Shown in pieces: positions 54,498-64,000 of a DNA stretch of 64,000 nucleotides; positions within the stretch are counted from its first letter, which is position 1; every line of letters begins with the position of its first letter. A program made the translations under genes and the position numbers. The DNA lies in NCBI GenBank assembly GCA_963721495.1, contig CAVRMG010000010.1, forward strand, positions 10,196 to 74,195, read 5' to 3'. The notes under the pieces are model-generated. The model searched no databases and was not told the DNA's origin. It saw only the letters and a list, made by a program, of their open reading frames with translations. The stretch comes from an uncultured Actinomycetota bacterium. GTDB taxonomy: Bacteria > Actinomycetota > Actinomycetes > Mycobacteriales > Mycobacteriaceae.

Positions 54498-57400
54498 GTG
54501 CTGGATGACCGCGCGGGCGTGACGTGCGGGTCATGCGGCACTGGGCTGCGGGAGAACGCCAAGTTCTGTGACGAGTGCGGTGCGCCGACTCACGCAGGCC
54601 ACCCGTTCGGCGGAGTACAAGCAGGTGACGGTGCTGTTCGCCGATGTGGTGCGCTCGATGGACATCGCGGCCGCCCTGGATATGGAGCGGTTGCGCGAGA
54701 TCATGACCGAGCTGGTGGAGCGCTCGGCGGCGGTGGCGCAGCGCTACGGCGGGACCGTGGAGTACACCGGCGACGGCGTGATGGCGCTGTTCGGCGCCCC
54801 AGTCGCGTTGGAGGATCACGCTTTTCGGGCGTGCCTGGCCGCCCTGGCCATCCAGGAGGAGACGAACCGGTTGGCGGCCGAGGTGCAGCGCCGCGACGTG
54901 TGGCGCTGCGGCTGCGGGTGGGCCTGAATTCGGGTCGGGTGATCGCCGGTGAGATCGGTTCGGGGTCGCTGGGCTACGCCGCGACCGGCGAGACGGTCGG
55001 GTTTGCCCAGCGGATGGAATCGGTGGCGCCCCCGGGCGGGGTGATGCTGTCGGAGTCGACCGCGCGGCTCGTCGAGCACACCGTGATGCTGGCTGAACCG
55101 GAGTGGGTGCACATCAAGGGAGCCGACGAACCGGTGCGCGCGCGCCGGCTGATGGCGATCAGCCCGCGGGATGGCCTGGTCGGGCGCGCCGAGGCGAGCC
55201 TGGTCGGCCGGCGCTGGGAGATGGCGGCCCTCGACGCCATGGTGGACCGCGCGATCGGTGGCCGCGGTGGTGTGGTGAATGTGGTGGGACCGCCGGGCAT
55301 CGGCAAGAGCCGGGTGGCCCGGGAGGCCGCGGCGCTGGCGGCCGGTCGCGGGGTCGAGGTGTTTTGGACCTTCTGCGAATCGCACGCCCGCGACATTCCC
55401 TTCCATGCCGTGACGCGGCTGCTGCGCGCGCGCACCGGCGTGGCCGACCTGGACGGCGAAGCCGCCCGCGCGCGGGTGCGGGAACAAGTTCCCGATGCCG
55501 ACCCGCAGGATCTGCTGCTGCTTGATGATCTGCTCGGCATCGCCGACCCCGATGTGCCGCTGCCCCAGATCGACCCGGATGCGCGGCGGCGCCGGTTGAC
55601 CGCACTGATCAACACCGTGTCGCTGGCGCGCACCGAACCGGCGCTGTTCATCATCGAGGATGCGCACTGGATCGATGCGGTCAGCGAGTCGATGCTGGCC
55701 GACTTCCTCACCGTCATTCCGCGCACCCCGTCGATGGTGCTGATCACCTCCCGCCCCGAGTATGAGGGAGCGCTGACGCGGGTGCACGGCGCCCAGACGA
55801 TAGCGCTTGCCCCACTGGGTGATTCGGACACCGCGGCGCTGCTGGGTGAGCTGCTGGGTTCGGATCCCTCGGTCGGCGAGCTGGCGGCGATCATCGCCGA
55901 GCGGGCCGCCGGGAACCCGTTTTTCGCCGAGGAGATGGTGCGCGAGTTGGCGCAGCGCGGGGTGCTGGCCGGTGAGCGCGGTGGCTATGTCTGTCGGGCG
56001 GATGTCGCCGACGTCGAGCGTGCCGGCCACGGTGCAGGCGGCCATCGCGGCGCGCATCGACCGGCTGAACACCCCGGCCAGGCGGACGTTGAACGCGGCG
56101 TCGGTGATCGGCGCCCGCTTCGGAGCGGAGCTGCTCGTCCGCGCTGGGCATCGATGCGGTGCTCGACGAGCTGCTCGGCGCGGAGCTGATCGATCAGGTG
56201 CGGTTCACCCCGAGCGCCGAGTACGCCTTCCGCCACCCGCTGATCCGCGCGGTGGCCTACGAATCGCAGCTGAAATCCGATCGCGCCCAGTGGCACCGGC
56301 GCCTGGCCGCCGCGATCCAAGAGCGTGCGCCGGGGTCGGTGGAGGAGAACGCGGCGCTGATCGCCGAACATCTGCGAGGCCGCCGGCGAGCTGCACGCGG
56401 CGTACGGCTGGCACATGCGCGCCGGCGCGTGGTCAACCAACCGCGATCTCGCCGCGGCCCGGGTCAGCTGGGAGCGGGCACGCCGCATCGCCGACGCGCT
56501 ACCTGCCGACGACCCCGACCAGCTGTCGATGCGCATCGCCCCCCGCACCATGCTGTGTGCCACCGACTGGCAAGCCCGAGCAGTCCAGGAAAGCCGGGGC
56601 CGCTTCGCGGAGCTGCGGGAGTTGTGCAGCGCGGCCGGGGACAAGGTCTCGCTGGCCATCGGCATGACCGGGCTGGCCACCGAGCTCCTGTACGCCGGGC
56701 GCGCGCGTGAGGCGTCGCGGCTGGCATCCGAACAGATGGCGCTGCTCGAGTCGATCGGCGATCCCACCCCGACCATGGGGTTGGCGTTCATAGCGTTCGG
56801 CAACTGGCTCGGTGTCGGTGAATTCGGCGAGATCTTGCGGTGGTCGCAGACCATCGTCGACCTGGCCGCCGGTGACCCCGCCAAGGGCGCCGGCTTCGGT
56901 ATGGGATCACCGCTGGCGATCGCGCTGGCATGGCGCGGCACTGCTCGGTGGTGGCTGGGCCGTCCCGGATGGCGCCAAGACCTCCACGACGCCGTCGCGA
57001 TGGCCCGACGCAGCAACCCGGAAACCCTCTCCGGCGCCGTCGCCTGGACCTACGGTTTCGCGATGCAGTACGGGGTGCTTCGGGCCGATGACTCCGCGGT
57101 GCGCGCGAGCGAGGAGGCGGTGCAGACCGCCGAGAGGGCCAGCAGCGATCGCGCACTGGGCTTGGCCGCGTACACGTTGGCTGTCGGGCTGCTGAATCGG
57201 GACGCCGCGGCCGACCGTCACCGCGGGCTTGAATTGATGATGCAGGCCCGCGACATATGGCTGCGCAAGCGTGTCCTCTTCCTCATCCCGGTCACCGACT
57301 TGTGGGCCGCCCGGGAAACGGCCAGGCGCGGCGACCGCGATGCTGCCATTCCGGTGATGCGCCAAGCCGTCGACGAGCTGCGCCAGGCAGGACACCTCTT

Positions 57401-57680
57401 CTATGGCGTTTGGGGCACCGGCGTTCTGGTGGAGACGCTGCTGGAGCGTGGCGCCGAGGGCGACCTGGCCGAAGCCCAAGAGGCGATCGACCGGTTGGCG
57501 AACCTGTGGGCCGATCACGATTCGGCGATGCTCGAGATCACGCTGCTGCGGCTGCGCGCGCTGCTGGCCCGGGCCCGCGGCGACGACGTCGCCTACCGGG
57601 ACTTGGTGAGTCGCTATCGCGCCATGGCGGAATCGCTTGGCTTCGAAGGACACATCGCGAGGGCGGAGGCCATGAAGTGA
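54498..57680 (+). CDS. zinc ribbon-class III cyclase-AAA ATPase-TPR-like protein, copy 2 (several apparent indels)
   Basis: Close paralog of 49242-52502: CGSC..CDECG, FADVVRS, GPPGIGKS, ends GFEGHIARAEAMK; start approximate. Confidence 0.88.
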
Positions 57681-57758
57681 GGGCTGGCATCTACGCTTCG
57701 GCGGATGGCCGCTGAATACTGGCCAAGCAGCATGGCTTTCGGCTGCGGCGCGACCCAC

Positions 57759-58978
57759 TCAAGAAGCGATGCCTAGCTGTCGATAGATGTCTGGGAGGAC
57801 GGCTTGCGTCTCGGGCAAGATCGTGAGGACCGCCCAGTCGTGTGGTTCACCCTTGCGGAGGACGAAGGTGAAGTCGGCGCCCGGCGTCGCCAAGGCCTTG
57901 TCTTGGAGGAGAAGCACATCGGGCGCGACCACGTCGTTGCTTCCGGCGTAGACCGCAGTCGGCGGAAGCCCGGCCAGCGACCCGAACAGGGGACTGACCA
58001 GTGGATCGGTGAGATCAAGGCCGTCGGCCCAAAGCGCGCCAGATTTGAGCACAGTCAAGAGTGTCGGTGTAGCCGACAAGGTTGGATCGTCGACAAATTG
58101 AATCGCCGGGTTACTCAGGGTGGAATCGAGCGCCGGTGAACTCAGCACCATACGCGACGGCACGGGGTCGCCGCGACGCACCATTTCCTGCACGGCGACC
58201 AGCGCGATATTGCCGCCGGCGGAGTCGACGAACACACTGACGTTCTCGGCGCCGTGCTGATCGATCTGCGCGGAGATCAGGTCGGCCATGGCGAAGCGGC
58301 CGAGGATGATGGCGGTCGGGGGCGTGCGTCGGTGATCGCGGGTCAGCGCCGGCAGCGGGGTCGCGGTGGTCGGCTGGTGCTTCGTCGCGGTCGACGGTCG
58401 GCTGCTGGTTGAAGAGGGTCGCTCGAATTGCGAACCAGCGTCCAAAGTGTCGGCGGTTGACCGGGCGTCGGTGCGTCGGCGTCGAGGCGCGCCGAAGGCC
58501 GGGCGCCGCCGTCGTCGCCGCCGGTGACGGCTGCCGGCGTGGCTTGGGATTCGGTAGGGTGTTGTCGGCGGCGCCGGGTGTTCGGTAGCGGCGCGGTCTG
58601 CGCACGGAGGCGGAGCGGTGCCGGCAGCGGGACGACGCCGGTGGGCGGTGTGGGGCTGTCGACGTCCGATCGCAGTGGTGTCCGTGGGCATCTGGGGGTG
58701 CAGGTCACTGCTGTGGGCATCGGTTGTCGCCGGTGTTGTCGGCGCCGTGGTCGAGGTCGTCGGGGTGGCAGGCGTCCTTGCCGCGGAACCGTCGCGGCTG
58801 GTGCGGTCGCCGGTGCTCGCAGGACCGGCCGGGGTGCTCAGCGCGGCGGCCGCCGACGAGAGCCAGGGCGTTAGTGGTCCCCTCGGCCAATCGCGTCGAG
58901 GAGCTCGTGCGGCCACAGGGTGACTGGGCGACCGGATCCAGCGCTGCCGCGAAGGCCCCGACTCGATGCTGCGGTCAT
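57759..58978 (-). pseudogene. secreted alpha/beta-hydrolase (HSL-type esterase), degraded
   Basis: C-terminus VDSAGG (GDSAGG altered), LSSPALD, DPLVSP, AGSND, EPHDW; no HGG motif seen; ATG 58978 after GGAGG with an out-of-frame RVGAFAAAL signal remnant. Confidence 0.7.
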
Positions 58979-59025
58979 ATCGCCTCCACGAGTCAGGCGG
59001 AAGATCGGCGTCGAGCGTCGATCAA

Positions 59026-59067
59026 CGCTGCAATTTCGCGCGGAGTCGGCGCGGCCTACTGAGTCGC
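59026..59067 (-). promoter_or_regulatory. conserved upstream element, copy 2 (esterase gene), partial
   Basis: Minus strand GCGACTCAGTAGGCCGCGCCGACTCCGCGCGAAATTGCAGCG. Confidence 0.6.
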
Positions 59068-59156
59068 GGGGGCACTCGCGGTGCCCCCTGACCAGACGGC
59101 AAGCAGTCGCGCACGACGCGACCGTCGCTGTCTGGGCATAGCAGCGGCGCGAGATT

Positions 59157-59243
59157 GCGGCTAAGTAGTACCGCGCCGAAACGCGCGGAATTGCAGTGGC
59201 GCACTACTGCGCTCGCTTCACGGAACGCGAGCCAAGATTCCCA
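59157..59243 (+). promoter_or_regulatory. conserved upstream element, copy 3 (giant surface protein gene)
   Basis: GCGGCTAAGTAGTACCGCGCCGAAACGCGCGGAATTGCAGTGGCGCACTACTGCGCTC...CGCGAGCCAAGATTCCC. Confidence 0.7.
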
Positions 59244-59303
59244 CCATAGAGAGCAACACCCAATGCGGTGCCTAAGCGGTGGCGCTTGGACGGGGAGGCT
59301 GTC

Positions 59304-62300
59304 ATGAGGGCTGGGCGTTTCGTGGGCCGCGTCGGTGGGCTGGCGGTGGCGTTGGGTGTGGGTGTTGCGGTGGCCGGCGCGCCGGGGGTGGCGTGGGCTG
59401 ATGGGACTGATACCGGCGCTCCGAGCGCGCCGGCGGATGACGCTCCGCCGCCTGCGGATCCGAGTCCGGCGGCATCGGCGCAAGCCCCGGCCGTGGGTCA
59501 GGGGGGATCGTCTGGGGAGTCGGTTGCTTCCGTCGGTTCGTCTGGTTCGTCGGGCGGAATGAATGTGGACTCGTCGGGTGGGGCGGTGACGTCGACGACG
59601 CCGGGTAGCGCGGGCGCAGACGCCGATGATTCTGATTCGGGGTCCCCTGCCAAGCCGGCCCCCTCCGCTGAGGGGTCGGCGCGAAAGTCGGATTCGAAGT
59701 CGACGGTGGCGACTCCGAAGAAGCCGAAGCCGTCGAATTCGAGCGCTACGGCCAAGCCGAGTGACAGCACAAAGTTGACCAGCGCGCCGTCGAACACCGC
59801 ACCGGCGCGTGAGCGGTGGCGGCGCCGTCGGTGGCGGCGAGCGAGCCGACGGTGGTGCGCAGTACGCAACCCGCCGTGGCGGTGACGCGGCGCCGGTGGT
59901 CGCGATGGTGCCCTCGCCGCGGAAGGAGGCGCCGGAGCAGGCGTCAATGATGTCGTCGGTGTTGTCGTTTGTGGGGTTGGGTCCGTCGTCGGACGCGGGT
60001 TCAGACGTGCCGACCGGTCCGGTCGACTCGCCGGTGGAGTTGGCAATGTTGGCGGCCTGGCGGCGACAGTCACAGCAGGGCCTGATCAATGAGTCGGCGA
60101 TGCGCGCGACGTTGGCGGAGGAGCCGTCGCAGTCCAGTTTGATGATGGCGAGCACCGAGTCCGCTGATACGGGCGGGGCGCAGACATTCGCGTTGGCTGC
60201 GGTGGCCAATAGTGCGCCGTCGGTGTCTCCGTCGCAGTCGGTTCCCGATCAGGTCACGGGTGCGATCGGTGTGAGTTTGAATGCGGTTGATGTTGATGGG
60301 AATCCGTTGACCTATACGGTGACGGGTGCGCCGGCGAGTGGATCGCTGATCGCGACGGCGCCGGGGCAGTACACGTATACGCCGACGTCTGCGGCGCGGT
60401 TGGCTGCGGGTCTGACCTCGGGGGCGGACTCCGATACGTTCACCGTGTCCGTCAGTGATGGGCAGCTTTCCACGCCGGTGACGGTCGCTGTGGCGGTGTT
60501 GCCGGCGGTGATATCCGCGCCGACGAACACGGCCGCGGTGGGCGCCAATCCATCGGGTGTGGCGGTATCGGACACCAAGATCTATGTGGCGAATCAAGCG
60601 TCGAACACGGTGTCGGTGATCGATCGGGCCAACCCGACCGCGACGCCGGCCACCATCGGTGTGGTGGCTTCGCCGAGGGCGATCGCACTGGGCCCCCAAG
60701 GCAGCAACCGGGCGTATGTCACTGGTTATAACGGTGTTTCGGTGATCAACACGGCCACCAATCAGGTGGTGGGCACGGTCGCGCCTGACCGGCGGGGACT
60801 CCTATGGGATTGCGGTGTCTCCCGATGGGCAGCGGGTGTATGTGACGATGACGGGCACCAATCGGGTGGCGGTGATCAACGCCAACACCACCACAAACAC
60901 CTACACATTGGCCTCGACAGTGGCGGTGGGTGCCACCCCGGGGGCGATAGCGCTCAACACCGATGGCAGCCGCGCCTATGTGGCCAATTACTACGGCAAT
61001 TCCGTGTCGGTGCTCAACACCAGCGGTACCGGCACGCCGACAGTGGTGTCCACAGTCGCGGTGGGCGCCAACCCGTATGGCATAGCCGCGAACGCTGATG
61101 GGTCGCGGATCTATGTGGCCAACTCCGGCGGCAATACCGTGTCGGTGATCAACACCACCACCGCCACACCATCGGTGTCGTCGATCACGGTGGGCGCCAA
61201 TCCGTTCGGGTTAACCATGAGCCCGGACCGAAGCCTGGTGTTGGTGGCCAACGGCACCGACACGGTGTCGATGATCAACACCAAAACCAACACCGTCATC
61301 GGCGCACCGGCTCCCGTCGACAGTCAGGTCGAAAACAACTGGCATTGGGTCGCGGTGTCTCCGGACGGCCGCCAAATCTATGTGTCAGACCTCGCCGACC
61401 GAGCCGTACGCATCCTGACCATCAACCGCGCCAACACCGCGCCCATCGCCGGCACCGCCACGGTGGGCACCCCCAACACCAACACCGGCGCGGTCAGCGG
61501 TGTACTCAACTTCACCGACACCGACGGAGACACCCTGTCCTACAGCCTGACCAACCCTCCACCGGCACGGTCAGCATCACCAGCACCGGCGGCTACACAT
61601 TCACCCCCACACAGGCCGCCCGCGACGCGGCAGCACAGACCCCGCAGGTCGATATGGCCACGTTCACCGTCACCGGCACCGACGGTCGCGGCGGCAGCGC
61701 ACCACAACAACTGTCGGTGCCGATCGCACCGACCGTGTTCAGTAACCGGGCACCAGTGGCAGGCACCCCATCGGTCGGCACCCCCGACCGGGTCACCGGC
61801 GCGGTGAGCGGATCGTTGAATTTCACCGACCCGGACAACAATCCGCTGACCTACAGCGTTGCGGCGCAGCCGGCCAGCGGCACCGTCACCCTCAACGGTG
61901 CCACCTATACCTTCACGCCCACCACAGCCGCGCGTAACGCTGCGGCTTCGGGTGGGCCGACGTCGGTCACGCTCACCGTGGCAGCCAGCGACGGACAACT
62001 GTCAACACCGGTGTCGTGGTCGGTACCGATCAACCCACCCAATCGCGCCCCCGCCGCAGGAACCCCGACGGTCGGCACCCCCACCACCACCACCGGAGCG
62101 GTGTCGGGAAACCTGAACTTCACCGACCCCGACAATGACTCGCTCAGCTACAGCGTCCCGACCCAACCCGCCAGCGGCACCATCACCTTCAACGGGTCGA
62201 CCTACACCTACACACCCACCCAAGCCGCACGCAACGCCGCCGCCGCAGGCGGGCCAACCACGGCCAGCATCACCGTCACCGCCAACGACGGACTCGCCAC

Positions 62301-64000
62301 CACCAACGTCACCTGGACGGTGCCGATCTCCGCAACCTCTCCCAATAGTGCGCCGTCGGTGTCTCCGTCGCAGTCGGTTCCCGATCAGGTCACGGGTGCG
62401 ATCGGTGTGAGTTTGAATGCGGTTGATGTTGATGGGAATCCGTTGACCTATACGGTGACAGGTGCGCCGGCGAGCGGATCGCTGACCACGACGGCGCCGG
62501 GACAGTACACGTATACGCCGACGTCGGCGGCGCGGTTGGCTGCGGGTCTGACCTCGGGGACGGACTCCGATACGTTCACCGTGTCCGTCAGTGATGGGCA
62601 GCTGGCCACGCCGGTGACGGTCGCTGTGGCGGTGTTGCCGGCGGTGATATCGGCGCCGACGAACACGGCCGCGGTGGGCGCCAATCCCTCGGGTGTGGCG
62701 GTATCGGACACCAAGATCTATGTGGCGAATCAAGCGTCGAACACGGTGTCGGTGATCGATCGGGCCAACCCGACCGCGACGCCGGCCACCATCGGTGTGG
62801 TGGCCTCACCGAGGGCGATCGCACTGGGCCCCCAAGGCAGCAACCGGGCGTATGTCACTGGTTATAACGGTGTTTCGGTGATCAACACGGCCACCAATCA
62901 GGTGGTGGGCACGGTCGCCCTGACCGGCGGGGACTCCTATGGGATTGCGGTGTCTCCCGATGGGCAGCGGGTGTATGTGACGATGACGGGCACCAATCGG
63001 GTGGCGGTGATCAACGCCAACACCACCACAAACACCTACACATTGGCCTCGACAGTGGCGGTGGGTGCCACCCCGGGGGCGATAGCGCTCAACACCGATG
63101 GCAGCCGCGCCTATGTGGCCAATTACTACGGCAATTCCGTGTCGGTGCTCAACACCAGCGGTACCGGCACGCCGACAGTGGTTTCCACAGTCGCGGTGGG
63201 CGCCAACCCGTATGGCATAGCCGCGAACGCTGATGGGTCGCGGATCTATGTGGCCAACTCCGGCGGCAATACCGTGTCGGTGATCAACACCACCACCGCC
63301 ACACCATCGGTGTCGTCGATCACGGTGGGCACCAATCCGTTCGGGTTAACCATGAGCCCGGACCGAAGCCTGGTGTTGGTGGCCAACGGCACCGACACGG
63401 TGTCGATGATCAACACCAAAACCAACACCGTCATCGGCGCACCGGCTCCCGTCGACAGTCAGGTCGAAAACAACTGGCATTGGGTCGCGGTGTCTCCGGA
63501 CGGCCGCCAAATCTATGTGTCAGACCTCGCCGACCGAGCCGTGCGCATCCTGACCATCAACCGCGCCAACACCGCGCCCATCGCCGGCACCGCAACGGTG
63601 GGCACCCCCAACACCAACACCGGCGCAGTCAGCGGTGTACTCAACTTCACCGACCCCGACGGAGACACCCTGTCCTACAGCCTGACTCAACCCTCCACCG
63701 GCACGGTCAGCATCACCAGCACCGGCGGCTACACATTCACCCCCACACAGGCCGCCCGCGACGCGGCAGCACAGACACCGCAGGTCGATATGGCCACGTT
63801 CACCGTCACCGGCACCGACGGTCGCGGCGGCAGCGCACCACAACAACTGTCGGTGCCGATCGCACCGACCGTGTTCAGTAACCGGGCACCAGTGGCAGGC
63901 ACCCCATCAGTCGGTACCCCCGACCGGGTCACCGGCGCGGTGAGTGGATCGTTGAATTTCACCGACCCGGACAACAATCCGCTGACCTACAGCGTTGCGG
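59304..64000 (+). CDS. giant secreted protein with YVTN/YncE beta-propeller and cadherin/Ig-like repeats; runs off the window (apparent indels ~59810, ~59885, ~60783, ~61551)
   Basis: MRAGRFVGRVGGLAVALGVG..AWA signal; S/A/P linker; VGANPxGIA..SPDG.RxYV(A/T)N...VSVI repeats; D.DGNPLTY..YTYTP Ig-like repeats. Confidence 0.85.
60206..64000 (+). repeat. near-identical intragenic tandem repeat, period 2136 bp
   Basis: CCAATAGTGCGCCGTCGGTGTCTCC starts at 60206 and 62342; the match continues to the window end (61864 corresponds to 64000). Confidence 0.95.

Noticed and set aside
51135-56380. Programmed frameshift, since both AAA paralogs break at the same CATCTGCGAGGCC
   Set aside because: There is no slippery heptamer, and it fits the merged CTG/CTC allele artefact seen elsewhere in the window
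1-64000. tRNA, rRNA, transposase, integrase or prophage genes
   Set aside because: None recognisable in the sequence or the ORF track

Overview
High-GC actinobacterial DNA whose gene content points to a rapidly growing Mycobacterium/Mycolicibacterium: the pgm-crcB-crcB-DUF190-LLM-DUF488 block, F420-dependent LLM enzymes, an igr-like steroid cluster and a PE-PPE domain gene. From left to right it holds: (1) the pgm/fluoride exporter block; (2) an IclR-regulated histidine utilisation (hut) operon between a decayed and an intact copy of the same small gene block; (3) a secreted DUF1214-like protein, a patatin and an FMO; (4) a CoA-transferase and ALDH divergent from a CYP-FadE-ChsH-Ltp2-TetR cluster; (5) a GlcNAc PTS/nagBA locus; (6) from about 41 kb, an accessory region with four class III nucleotide cyclase-P-loop NTPase-TPR genes interleaved with a DUF4239-like membrane protein, a SABATH-type methyltransferase and secreted proteins, ending in a giant beta-propeller/Ig-like surface protein with a 2136-bp internal repeat. 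Two unannotated non-coding motifs structure the accessory region. One is a gap-free ~30-bp motif at five consecutive gene boundaries (41.2-49.2 kb), giving a cassette-like layout. The other is a ~45-90-bp element upstream of three secreted-protein genes. Many single-base frameshifts look like two alleles merged in an assembly consensus rather than real lesions. All calls are from visual motif recognition; no database searches were run.
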